Below, piece by piece: positions 50,773 to 64,000 of a stretch of 64,000 bases of DNA. Positions within the stretch are counted from its first letter, which is position 1, and each line of letters begins with the position of its first letter. The translations under genes were made by a program, and so were the position numbers. Location of the stretch: NCBI RefSeq assembly GCF_033153115.1, contig NW_026889778.1, forward strand, positions 33,852,001 to 33,916,000, read 5' to 3'. Under the pieces are notes generated by a model, which was given only the letters and a program-made list of their open reading frames with translations, did no database searches and was not told the origin of the DNA. The DNA is from Saccostrea echinata (taxonomy: Eukaryota).

Positions 50773-53700
50773 CTAACACGAAGTAGAACTGTCTTGCGTT
50801 GATTTGGTTGATTGAGATCTACTATCAGTCCCATGGGATGGGGATTCTGTCAATTGCACTTGGTCATAATGATGACTACTACTTTTCTCCGAGGGTGCTC
50901 GAATGGACTGACGGAAATCCTCGATTTTATCGTATCCTTCCTCTTCCCCTACTTCGGGAACGGGAACGTCAGTTTGGCTACAAACGCTAGTTGATCGTTG
51001 AATGTATTGCATGTTTTGTCTGCGATCAAGAGAAAACTGTCCAGGCGTTTCCTGGGTAAAATTAACTGGACTGTGACGAAATCCAGTCACTTGACATGAC
51101 CCAATTGTATTATTTCTGTCTGGATATCTCACAATTCCCGTGGTAGACTCCATGGGTCTGTCGGATATAATGTATTTCTCCCTTAATGGAATCAAATGAG
51201 CAGGAGGAATAGCTGGATGCTGTGATTGCACAGCCTGGTGGTGGGGACTCGGTCCCTGGACTACATAATGATGACCGGGCATGTACGGAATAAATCCGTG
51301 AATACCCGGATGAAAAGTTTCCATAGTATTTGGATGAATGGCCACCATATTCTGATTAGATGTATTTGGCCTTCCTTGGGAGGGTTCAAGAATGAAATAA
51401 TTCTCGCCTAGTGGAGATCGGCTATTGGAAGGGTTATTGTTAGGTTCGGAAAGTGACCCATTCATTGGTTGTTTTTGACCCGGAAGTCCGTTCGGAGATG
51501 AAAGGAATGGCTGTGCTTCATAAGGTGTATCTCGTGGATGAATTTCTTCGTAATGTCGACCGTCATCAACGAATGCCTCCTAATAAATAGAGAGAATTCT
51601 GTTACCACCAAATACATAAATTGAATTTGTTGACTGCATCTCTAATATAATGATTTTTATATTAACAAATTTAGTTATTAATTTATTCAAGTTTGTCCTT
51701 ATAAAAAATGTTATACTGAGAAACGGGCAACCGATAATACGAATTTTGTACACATTCCCGGTAAGTCCCTTGTGTCTTATTGATCAAGAATTTCAGACAT
51801 TTAATTTTCAGCTATCCAAATTTCAAGGTTTATTACATTTCAGCAGTGGAATATTGTAATTATTTTTTCATTACACTTTATAGATTTTAAGTGTGTGTGT
51901 GTGTGTTTCTCATCCTCCCCAAGATAGAGTTTTGTATGCAGAAGTTCTGCCATATTGAATGACTGCTTCATAATAAACTTACATCTCTTTGATATGGGGC
52001 GTTCTTCGCTTTCTTTTCTTTGTCCATCATTCTACGTCTGAAAAAGACAAAAAATAAACTAAAAATACACATCAATCATTTTATTCTTTTAAAACCATGT
52101 GCAGAATGCGTGTTCGTACACAGCAAAAAAAAAAAAATCACTGCAAGATTGTTAACATTGCAAAAAATCTCACGCAGGTGCGAAAGTGCATCAGAATTAA
52201 GAGGAATGCAAAACAACTGTTGAGAAAACACATGAAAAAAAAAGTCATATAATTTTGTAGTAAGTAAATTATTTTATTGTATTTGTTACACAAATTTAAG
52301 ATTATGACGAATATAGATAAAATGTATATGTAATTTATTAATTCAATCGAGATAATATCAACGCAGAATTTAAATTTAGTGACAAAGCATGATCTTTCAT
52401 TTTGCGTTAATTGAGCTACAGGTTATACTGTTTAGACATACATGCAAAAAACCAGAAAGCAAAATATATCTCAGAATATTGAAAAGTACAATTATATATT
52501 TTATGTGGATTATATGTCCTGGTATATAAAATCAATCGGCAATTTCTGAAACTTTAAATAGTTTTAAAGAAAAAAAAATCCTATGTCAAACGTTGACAAA
52601 TTAAACTTCGGTTATTTTGCCGAGCAAAAATCACCTGCTAACACGTTAATTTGACAGTTGACATTAGCTTGACTTCACGCTATGGCGTGTTGTGTAAGGG
52701 GTCAAAAGTCAATTCCTGATCTGCAACTGTTACAAGGTTTCAACATAGCTCATGTCGATTTCTTCATTTCTTTTTTATGTCACCACATGGTAGACTTGAC
52801 AATGACGATACATACAGATTATATCTCTGCGTAATTTAAAGCGTGGTTATGAGCAGGATCAGCTATTGAGTACATTAATTTTGGCTTCTGAAGTTTTTAT
52901 CAGTACTCCTTGGAGTTGACAGAACTACTTAAGGGGTAGGGCGGGGTAATTAGCTGACTCACGAACCCCTTAATTGTTTTCTCGATAATTTGTCACAAAT
53001 GTTGGATTTCGACTGGTATCGCGCGAGAAATTAAGGTGGTTTACCGTTGAGAGTTTATTCCACACTTTGACAAACCAATAATGCCAACCTTTTAATTTCA
53101 TTACTAAAATGCATTTAATTAATAATGTCATTACTCATCAACTTCGAATTGCTTGTATGTAAACTTTTGACAGTTATCAAAGTAGACGTTTTGAATGCAT
53201 ACAAATATATTTGACTTGCAATACAAATACATGTTAACCTTAGACAAAGGATGTCAAATTTTCATACAAATGTACAATTAGTTAAATGAGACAATGAAAA
53301 GTTTTAACCCTTTCCATCACACCAAAGCACAATAAGTAACTGAACACAATCATACATGTTACAAGAGAAACAAAATATGTTCTTTCATAAAACTTCTTTA
53401 ACAGACCGGATAGAGTGCTTTACATGAACTCTCTTGACAGAAAGCTTTATATGCTATGTTTAGCTCCTTCCGAGCCATTCTTCATCCGTCCAAAAACGTC
53501 AGACTGCCTTCTCTATGCAATCCAAGCGCTGAAAAATCGTTAATGATTTAATTTTGTTCTTGCCCGTAATATCCCTTGGCAATGCAATTTCTTTTATCTA
53601 ATTATCGGAAAGAGAAGCCCTTAAATGTATGTTTTATGAAAGAACATCGACGAAGAGCCCAAAGTTAAGATGCAACAAAGCACACGCAACAAGTTTTACG

Positions 53701-56448
53701 TAGATTAGTTGAAGCCCACTACATGGTGATCATTAAATGTGCCGACCCTTTTTATGAAATAATCTTTCTTTTCTTTTATATAAACTTTATATATTTGAGG
53801 CAGAGAATTAATAGTTTAACACGTTGGTATTCCTTCTGGACTTTTTTTTCCTAACTAAGAATTACATAGGGAAAAGTGTTAATTATGTTCATAAAAAAAT
53901 TGTTGGGGGAAATAATCCGAAAATGGATCTTTGAAATAAGATGTTTTTAAGTCAGTTAGTTTTTGCCTTTGATCGGAAAACATAAATTGGTTCTAAAACA
54001 CTCAATGGATGATGCAGCAACATTTCTAATAATGATTTGTACCAAAAAATAAAATAGGATTGAATAGAAACAGCAAAATTCCCCTACAATACGATGATCT
54101 GAATGTAGTATTTTAGTGTGTAAGACGCGCCTGAAGAGAGGTATCATTTTCTAATTATATTTGCAGAGAAGAGTTTTGTAGGTAGATGGGTCGATGGGGT
54201 TTGTCTTATCAGTGGTGCTAAAACACGTGCTATTAACAATTTTAGTGACAAGACATTTATTAAAATCATCAGGAAGGCACAAACAAAGATCACCGGTGAT
54301 ATATAATAAACTACTATAGGATGCTTACTCTACTCTGTACCTTCTAACAAACCACAGGATTGCTAGGCACGTCAGAAGAAACATCAGAAAGACTCCACAC
54401 AGTATCCCCACCGTGATCCCCATCAGACCGTCACTCCAGATGGTTCCGGAGGGGGTCCGCGTCACGGGGTCGGTGGGGGTGGTCGTTGCTGCGCGAGATG
54501 GGGTCATGTCCCAAATACTCCTGGGTGTCGTGGTCGTATTTCTCTGAATATTTCCACCGGGAATGGTTTTTGTCGGCACTGGGGCTGGAGTTGTCGAACT
54601 TGGAGGGCTTGGTTTTGATGTGACAACTGTTGGCTTGTCTGAAGAAAAAAAATACACATTATATATTATATTACCTCATTCCCAGAAATATACATGTTCA
54701 TGTAAATGCATATATTGTTAGATAAAAATAACGAAACTGTGAATTTAATTAATGTTAACCGGTCAATCGTTCAGAACGTGGTACTTTTGCTGAAATGAAG
54801 AGCAATTTTGCACGCTGTGGCCATCCCTCATTGTAATACAATTTCCTTATTATAATACAATTTAACATGTAGTAAACAGTCCCCATTTGCCCATGTGCAC
54901 AATGATGTCTAATTTTCAAGATATTGTATTACATTCACTGGGAGAAATGATATAATTTTAGAAAATGCTCTTGGAATAATCCTTCAATGAATTTACAGGT
55001 ACCCGAGGGAATAGATAAAGGATGTATCATGCAGATAGTGCAATGAACAAGTATATACTTTTATTATACTTTCATGTTAAATACTAAAATCTGATTGGTT
55101 TAGACGCATTTAACAATCCGTAATGTTACCCTCAGCGTTAGCAACACACTTGACAACGGGTAACATTACGAAAATATCACATGCGTTCAAATCATGCGCG
55201 TACGGTTCACCGTAGAATTCTCAAAACGTCGGTTGTGCGTTTGAAAGAAGCCGAATAAACGACGTCAATAAAAGCTTGCGTCCGATGTAGCTTACTTGAA
55301 AACAACAAACGACAGACGAAACATCCTTGCGAGTGCAAACTTTAGATGATAAAGGACTTTTTGAGTAGCAAACAAACAATAGAGAGGTTGGTAAATCTTT
55401 TCCGAAGCTTTCTTATTGAGAAAAATAGAAGCGGGGAGTTTGAAAGCTTTCTAAGCGTGAACTTAACGACGATCTCCGAATTTTTTTATGACATCCGAAA
55501 TCAATAAGACATTCAGCATAATAAAATAAATAGTGCACGTTTTTGAGGGTAACAGTTGAAATTGACACCCCTCGGAAAACCATTGTCAACCTCCGCTGAC
55601 GCGTCGGTTGACAATGGTTTTCCTTGGGGTGTCAATTTCAACTGTTACCCTCAAAAACGTGCACTATTTATATAATACATGTATATATCCCCTATGATTT
55701 GTCTATAACATCTCGAATATCAAATGCTACTATAGTGATGTATTGAAAGAAATTGAATTAAGTATGAGTGTGTGTGTTTTCCCCCAAATTTGAATGTGAA
55801 TTCATACACATTTGCATATGTGTTAATTCTAACACTAGAACTTCAAAGATTTTTTTTTATCACATGATGCTTCCAAATACCAATTTATTATGAAAATTGT
55901 TATGAAAATATAAATTAAACATGCTTCCTAGCTAGATTCAGATCCTCAACACACAATTAAAACTGGGAGTTTGAGTAGCATAAAAGAGAATGCAATGTGG
56001 AATTTACGTACTAGTATTTCGGACACTTAGGATGGATTTCTTTATACATTATATATTTTGTGTTATGATACACAGTTTATTGTGCATATATTCTTTACTT
56101 TTAAATTTCAACGAAAGTAAAATAAATTCATTGATAGAACATTTACCACTATTGAATTACATGTACATAATTTCTATCTCTCAATCAAAGTGTTTCAGCA
56201 GATAGAGCAACAAATTAACAAATTCAATACAGTTACAAGTTACACACAGAGGAAAGCCATGATAAATGGGGATGTTTTCAGTATCTTTCGGAGCTGTTTG
56301 TCGATTATCGACTGTTTTTTCTGCTTTGCTAGAAATAGATTCATTAAAGCAATCGTTTGATACCCAATGCAGCATATCAAACTGACTATGGGGAAACCTA
56401 TGAGGCGTAAGTCGTCAAAGGGAGAGATGGACTCATGTGTCCGATTTC

Positions 56449-56487
<39 letters not shown>

Positions 56488-59400
56488 GTGGTCATGCTTG
56501 GCTTATCAACCTTCATACCAACCAATTACACGTGGCTGAGTTACATGCAGAGCTGGGCACCAGTATTTGCATAAAATTCCTATAAATCATATCTCATAGT
56601 TTATATTTGAAATATTTATGTAGTCTACAGAACTTATAGTCTGCAGTGGCATCGGATCGAAAATAGATAGCATATTGCTATCTTTATAAATATAGGTCCA
56701 GATAGGAATACATGATTTCACAACGATCATGACACGTGATTGACACCCATGTTTTGTGTCGATGCATCATTGCAGACATTGTTCGAATTTGTTTTCGTAA
56801 CTGTATAGCTTATTTAGGTTGAACATTTGAACGAATAACGGATTACTTTCCTATCTCTTGACATTTGTGATCAATTTCGCCAGAACTTTGATTAACAGAA
56901 TCTGCCATATTGTCAGGAAGCTGATTTCAATCAAGAAAGGATTTTACTGTCGCGCAACCATTAAGAGTTTATGTATTGGACGAAACTTTTCAATCGCAAT
57001 AAAAATTTGCTTTCAAAACATATAACNNNNNNNNNNNNNNNNNNNNNNNNNNNNNNNNNNNNNNNNNNNNNNNNNNNNNNNNNNNNNNNNNNNNNNNNNN
57101 NNNNNNNNNNNNNNNNNNNNNNNNNNNNNNNNNNNNNNNNNNNNNNNNNNNNNNNNNNNNNNNNNNNNNNNNNNNNNNNNNNNNNNNNNNNNNNNNNNNN
57201 NNNNNNNTGGCTATGGCATGCCTCCATTTCATCACCCCAAAATAAATCTTCAAGAAATCTTCACGTAACAATGTAGACACTCTATTCGTTTGACAATAAT
57301 TGAATCTGCCGAACATCTTATGCATGCTAGGACCAGTGGATTTTTGTACTCTAGATTAGATCTAATCCGTCGGTGGGATGAAGGAAAGGGATAAACTATT
57401 TAGACATATATAGTGCACAAGTGACAAAGAAGCTAAATTTTCTCCAGGGAAATGCCATATTGCATTGAAATTAGAAACAGAAGGATTCTTATGAGAATTT
57501 ACATTAAATTAACTTTGATCTCTAGGCAAAACACGCATGACCATAAAATCTTTATTATTAGCTTCAGTTCAGTAAGCTAATATGCCCAATGAGGAACATC
57601 TACTCCGATAACTCAGAAGTTTTACTTTTCGCTGCTAAAAAGAATTAAGGTACATTTAACTGATGTATTTAGAAACTGATATTGTAAAGTCCAGATGTGA
57701 GCTGAACCGAAACTACATTACTCATCATTTGTATAAGTAATCATGGACAGACGTGTTCGAATCCCACTGGAAATTTCACTGTTTTGTATGTTATACAAAA
57801 TCCCACGTTTGTCAAGTAAAAAAAAAAAAAATAAATTACCATTATTCAAATTGCAGTGCTGTTTTAATTTTTTTTTTAAAATAAAAATTCAGGTTAACTT
57901 GTAATTAAAACTAAATGTATCTAGCTTTTAACATATTTTAACCATTTATTCGAAAAATTGAAACTACAAACGATAAGGCAATGTAATAGAATGTATTTTG
58001 ATTTCTCTCAGAAACTCAATCTCGACGGATTATGAGCGAATGGCTTTTATACATATGATTTTTAGGAAATTTATTCAATGTAGAGACAGCACAATTCTTT
58101 ATGTTCTCAATGAGATATCTGGTGTTTGTCTTCCAGAATATTTTTTATGAAATTGTTTTGTTTAAAGAATGAGTCATTATTTTCTTACAAGAAACTGTAA
58201 TCCCGTTAGGAGAATCAAATATTCATATCTCAATAAAGTAATAACGATCAAATGTGTATCGTCTACAATGCAATTGGCACCACCAGTCCCATCAACGTGT
58301 CAATCGCTCTTCAGCTTCCGGAAATCAGAAAAGGACCACCACCCCTTAGAGTATATTAGAAGCAACAGCGCATCCAAAGCAATTTCACGAGCGTGACGAA
58401 GGCCATTAAATCAGGTTCTAACACTCCAAAATGTCAGAAATAAAGCAAATTCGAGATTAATTTATTAATTTTCCAATCATCAGGAATCTGAAATAACTCT
58501 AGTAAATGGAGGATTGTGAAAACTTTGCAACAAACGCAACAAGTTTCAAAAGAGAAATCAATAATTCTTCTCCCGATGGATTTACCATTCTTGGTATCCT
58601 GGAGGCAAACAAAGTTTCATATTTCATCATCAAAATATTGCCCATGTCAGTCTTATATTATACAAAAATCTCAAAGAAAATAGCCACCACAAGATGTGAT
58701 CTCTTGATTAATCAGAATATAAACTATATGCGTTCTCAATTCACTAATATCATGAATATCGCTTTCGCAGAATTTCTAAGCAATCAGACATGAAATTTGG
58801 TACTATATTTTTTGTAGTTTTATCCCGAAATAAGATAAGCTTAGTTAATATCTACGTTAAAAAGTAGTTCGAATCCTCATGGAGAAAAGCTTGTATAACC
58901 TTTAAAACTTCAAAATCCATTGACAAGTTTTCAAAATAATCTAATAGTCTAACATCTTTTAATAGTTGATGTAAATTTGTAAAGAAAATAGAAAATTAGT
59001 ATCTTGTGACTGCGCTTAACATAATACTTGAATTTTTGTCCAAAAAAAGCCATGCAAATTATCGAAGTTTGTGTGAAAAACTTTCGACACGATGTAAACC
59101 TCACCGTTGGCTAGTGCGAGGTGCAAAAATTTTTACTTTTATCTTTGAAGCATAGAGCATTATTCTAATCACACCACTACAAACAAGGTCTTAATAGCAA
59201 ACATAAACAAACTAGACAATGAGATTGCGCAATTATTGTTGTACAGACGTGTCGCATTAATTGTTTATCGACAGGGGATTAAGATAAGACTCACTGCTAA
59301 CTCCTGTTGTATTAGTTGGTAAACGAAATGTTTAAATAATTCAGCGGATTTATTACTGCATAGAATCCGATTAACTTTAAAATAATCATGGTCCCCTTTA

Positions 59401-62400
59401 ACGACCAAATTAAACTGGGCCAAACAATTAATGAATGCATTTGGAATTTACAGTTGTCTTAAAATCGGCTTAAATGGTTTAAATTTTTTTATTCTTTGCA
59501 CAATATGTAATTCGTTTTGACAACACTGTTTAAGGATAATTATTCTAGAAAACATTTGCACGCATATTTTAACCAGGGAGGCATTCATATCCGTACATGT
59601 ACATCAGATTTCTAACAGGATTCCAAAATGATTCATAGAGAAGCATTAGTAGTTTAGAAGCTGTTCATTGAAAAAAAAAACACTCAAGGGGAAAATATTA
59701 TATTATTGAGCAAAGTGATATTTAAGAAAAAAATATGACATGGTGATCGTAAATTAAACTAAGAATAAGCTACACAAGAAATGTACAATCTTCCTCTTTA
59801 GATTAAAATAATTCTTTTCTTGTGCAGGATACGGAAGTCATAGTAAACGAGTTAGTCTAGGTCACCTACATGTACAAGTTTGCCGCATCGTTTAGTCAAA
59901 CACTGAGTGGGGGTCAAACGACTTGTGTGACCTAGGCTAATTTTGAGTGCGCACACTTCATGTCTGGGAACCAGATTAAGACAGGCGTAGACAGTTTGGA
60001 GACAACGAAGGGATTGGGGGTTGCTTCCTCATAAACATGCTGTTCACTCTGCTATCGGAATGATTCATTAAGTCAGCGTTTGGTTTCATTTTGTTTCATA
60101 TTCAAACACCAGCCATAAACTAGAAATGACAGAGGGTTTTATGGCGCAAAAAAGCATTTTATGTGCAGCTTACACGCAAGAGTTCCTATTGTCTTTATAA
60201 GGATGAGAATGGTTTAACGGGGGTTTACGATGTTCTGTAAAATACCAGAAACCACGTACATCCAGCATTAACTTCTTCTTAATTCATATAATGGGTCATA
60301 AACTCGGCAAAAAATGCCCAAATTATTCATTCAAATGGGGTAATCATACGATCTCAGATAATATTCTTTTACCAGATGACAAGGCGCGAATTAGCTTTTC
60401 TATCGAAAGTGCCTGCTAAGATTTACGATCAGAGGACAATTCAGATCTATTAAAAGTCGTTGTCTAGCACAGTAAAGTTACGACTTAGCTTAATCAGTTA
60501 ATTAAGATTTAATCTAAGAATGGTTATGCAGTGAAAGAAATTGGTATTAGTCAATAATTATGAGTGACAAAGGCGGCAATAAAACAAAAGGGGAATTGAA
60601 GTTCATACACTTCAAACACAGCATATGGAGTAATGATATAAGAAGGCCATAAAGACAGTACTTCCTATTTCAAAGGGCTATAATTTGTAGCTAAAGCCAC
60701 AAATGATTCTAGGTGTAGTAATTTGCTTTTCTTATTAAGGCTTTGTTTTTTGCTTCAAATATAAAAGAGAAGTAGATGTACTCTTCCCAGTAGTACATAG
60801 GGAAATCTTACTCTCAATTCTCAATTACCAACCGAATGTCAAGCCACATGACGCAGGATTTTCATGATAAGAACTTATTTGAGAATTGCTTCCTCTTTCA
60901 GTCTAATTCTCTCCTTGTGAGATCGAAGAACAAAGCAGATACAACTACAGCCATTAATTTGAAGATGAAATTTTTATCATATTTGAACATGTTATAAAGA
61001 TTTTGTATTCGGTCAAGGTCAAATTTTTGGATTGTCAAGATTATGTATAAGGTCATTTTTTTTTTTATTTTGCAACAGGAGAACTTAATAGAGCCAGTGC
61101 ATTGTTTCAAAAGCACGTTGACTTTGAACACTGTGGACAGATTTGTCTTTTTGAACAAATTCAAATTTGCTCGCCAGGATTTTCCACACCAATCCGAACA
61201 AAATTAGGTCCTGTATTTTTTACAAGTCTTATTTCATTCTTTGATTTGAGCTATATAGAAATTTTTAGCTGACCCCTTTACCTGTATAATATTCAACTTT
61301 GTAAATCCCGTTGCAGCCATTGTTGATCCAGATAGAATCCTCTATAATGCCGTAGTCGATCCCTTTATTACACTGCGATCCCGATGTGATGGGAAATTGG
61401 GCAATTTTCTCAATGCTTTGGGCTTTTTGGGCGTCCTTCACCTTGCAAACTTTGTAAGACGAATTCCAATGTCGACACTCCATTGTTCTCTCCTTTATTT
61501 CCGTTGCTGGGGCATCTGTGAAATCACAATTAAATTAATAACACGTGCATTTTTCCTCTTGTGAAAGTTGAGTTACGAAAAATAATTAAATTTATAAATA
61601 TACTGTAAATATGGTTACACCATCAAAGGCGAATACTTAAGAATATAAACTCATCATTTTTTTAACGTGTTCATCGTTAAAGTAAATGACGATAATAAAA
61701 GACCTACGGTAGATAACTTAAATAATCGTTTCCTTTATACCTAATATTTTTATTAACAAGGAAAAGAAAAAAAAAACATCATAACTTCTGTGAGTAACAA
61801 AAAATTGGAGAATTAAATTAGACATAAACCCTTCTATCGTTTATCTTGAAACTCTTTCATCTTGGAATCATAATCTTGAACCCGATGGAATAAACATTTT
61901 AAGTTTGAGTCCATGACACCTGAGTATTCCTTGTGGGTTCATTCCTTATAATTATTTTGCAATTTGATTTCATTTTTCGAATGGATTCTTCGGGGCTAAT
62001 TTCACATCCTAAAACTAATTTAGAGCCCCCAATTACATTTTCTTGTCAAGCTAACGCAATTTTGGGTTTTATACAACTTGCAACCTAACCGTCTAATACC
62101 ATTAACGGGAAATATTATTCGTAAAAGCAAAACCATAGGATGTCATAATTTTCATATGTAGCAGTATTTCATGTTGCATCTGTCAATTAGCTTTTATTCC
62201 ACCGGTTGCTTGGGATTCAAGTCGCACAAGTATCGGAAATTGGTCAAATTTTGACAAGATTCATTCGCTTGCAAAACCATTCTCAACACTTAATAAAAGT
62301 TGAAGTTTTCGTGCAATGTTTTATGTATAAGGTATTATATAATTATGGTTTGCATTATTTCGTTTCAGTGGGTTTATTGTGTTTTAAGTGAAAATGGAAT

Positions 62401-62950
62401 TTCACATCTAAATCTGCATTTTATCATTTTTACAGTTAAATCGTCAACAATAAAGGACATTAAAACACAAAGCTAGCCTTTAAATTTGATAATATACATC
62501 ATTATTTGTTAAGTTTTTCTTTTTTTTTTTTAGTTCAATCCTTGTTGAAAATGTAGTCTAGATTCTAGAATTACAGTCACAAAACAGTCACCAAAGAGGC
62601 TTTGGATCGGTGTAATTTTTGGGGGAAATTAAAGGGAAATATTTGTACATTTAATATTTTTATTTTTTTAATAGGTAATTGCTTAAATTTTAAAAATAAT
62701 GATATGATTATATTCCTGGCCTACACCTTACCTCTGGTATAACACACGTGGATCCGCCCGCCGCATCCGTCCTTGACATAAACCGTATCCTTATTGACCC
62801 AATAGTCATTGATGGGGCATGACTCCTCAATGTCCATACAGGACACCCATCCCCCCGCGATGTCATCGTTTTGGCAGTCCTGCACGATACCCTTATGTAT
62901 AGAGCTGCAGTATATGTTGCTTTGTTGGTGGGGACATGTTAAGTTTTTCC
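50773..62950 (-). CDS. Type I membrane receptor with two ADEL/DUF3011-like lectin modules, mucin-like stalk, TM helix and Tyr-motif cytoplasmic tail (5' end not found)
   Basis: Phase-1 exons 62950-62732 (..SCPINDYWVNKDTVYVKDGCGGRIHVCY) and 61515-61282 (..CNKGIDYGIIEDSIWINNGCNGIYKVEY) splice in frame to an exon starting at 54638 (Thr/Pro-rich stalk, TM GITVGILCGVFLMFLLTCLAILWFV, then RRYR). Terminal exon 51579-50773 encodes 268 aa with HYEEI, NYFILE, GYDKI, HYDQV. The TM-to-tail junction works only with a weak gtagag donor (exon end 54334) or an unseen small exon. Confidence 0.72.
55061..55676. mobile_element. Non-autonomous DNA element with a long terminal hairpin (55526-55671), possibly Crypton-type
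   Basis: ~66-bp arms with 2 mismatches around a 14-nt GC-rich loop. The family assignment is from recall only. Confidence 0.55.
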
Positions 62951-64000
62951 CTGGAAAAAAAGAGAAAAAATTATGCATACATCTATCTTTAGTTTCATGA
63001 TTTACGGGATACATATGAATTTTAGCACAATACTAAAATTAATTTTTATTTCCTCCTAATGTATTAGCGACTAGATTCTATAACCCCTATAATCTCATCA
63101 TGCATATGTTGTTATACCAATGGACTCAATACATTTCGTTTTAATACCTTCGTTTTAAACTATAAGCACCTCAACAGTCAAGAGAAAAATGTGCAAAGTA
63201 CATTGTAAGGAGGGAGAACTAACTCTGGTAACAGGTACATAGAGGAAAATTGGCTCCAGGCATTATAATTACAAAAGTATTGCCGTAAATGAACAATTAA
63301 CTCTGAATAAAAATTGTAAAATGTACAAATGATCTGTCAGTAGGATAAATAGTTCGTTCATACTGATTTTCCATTCAATCTATCGCTAACCGCAGAATTG
63401 AAATTAATTGTTTAATTAGGGTGAAAAATAAACTTCTTTCTGAGAGGACAAACTACTTGTTGATGAAATCGTACTTTATGATAAGTAGTCTCTGTTTTTG
63501 GTCTTTCATGCTCATTCAAAGGATGTAATTCACTTGTATAAATAAGCTATTTTATACAGATTTCATGTAAATATAGTGTCAATGTACGTCTCCAAAGGTC
63601 AATAGTTTTACTGTTGAGTTTATAGCCACTTCCTGTAAAAGGAAACTTATTAAGGTTTCTTTTTTTCATTAGAAAAACATCCTTTGAATGTTTCAGTCAA
63701 ACTCTTGAATTTATTTCCATTTGGCTTATCAATAATTACATATTCGAGACAAAATTCTTACACACTTCATTGCCAAAACACGTCAAAATGTTTATCACGA
63801 TTCAAGAAATACGAACTTTTTTGGAGATGGGAATACGAGCTTCCCTTGATAATGGTTCTATATGTTTATGTTTGAACTTTCTTTGTTGCTATGATAGAAT
63901 ACAATCAATGAATTTCGGACAGAACGTCACGCAATGACGCATGCGCATCGGATGCTGATAATGGAGTATCCTTGGTTGTTTCGTTGGAAGATCCAATTAG

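Larger units (their letters stand above)
46046..52680 (+). repeat. Segmental duplication copy C (HtrL paralogue 2 plus the 3' end of the receptor gene)
   Basis: 47540-48010, 49320-49700, 49880-49955 and 51655-52680 align with copies A/B at visibly lower identity than A vs B. Confidence 0.85.

Noticed and set aside
52620-54240. Candidate linker exons between the receptor TM exon and the tail exon
   Set aside because: The segments tested (52635-52826, 52963-53088, 53424-53528, 54090-54237) have stops in the required frame.

Overview
AT-rich, intron-containing animal genomic DNA with four assembly gaps. The repeat complement (Helentron/HINE elements with GTCY microsatellites, Meta/MESC-like SINEs, Naiad-like PLE ends) points to a bivalve mollusc, most likely an oyster; this is inference. 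Four protein-coding genes can be reconstructed by hand. (1,2) Two tandem two-exon, 285-aa HtrL/YibB-family glycosyltransferase-like paralogues with N-terminal signal peptides (37592-38552, 46115-47077, +). (3) A ~15-coding-exon gene (26529-30966, +) largely missed by the ORF track, containing six tandemly duplicated 96-bp exons and ending in a basic amphipathic tail. (4) A convergently transcribed type I membrane receptor (50773 to >62950, -) with two ADEL/DUF3011-like lectin modules, a mucin stalk, a TM helix and a Tyr-motif cytoplasmic tail. The window is built from three copies of a segmental-duplication unit (A 1-10054, B ~37535-45905, C ~46046-52680). This predicts a third HtrL copy just upstream of base 1 and allows many TE insertions to be defined against empty sites (solo LTR, Helitron, 56-bp MITE, HINE pair). 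Top observation: the two HtrL paralogues differ at the two positions of the x-G-x-F-F-G-G motif that match by motif the donor-specificity residues 266/268 of ABO glycosyltransferases, and they sit tail-to-tail with a lectin receptor. This is a candidate glycan writer/reader locus, and remains a hypothesis.
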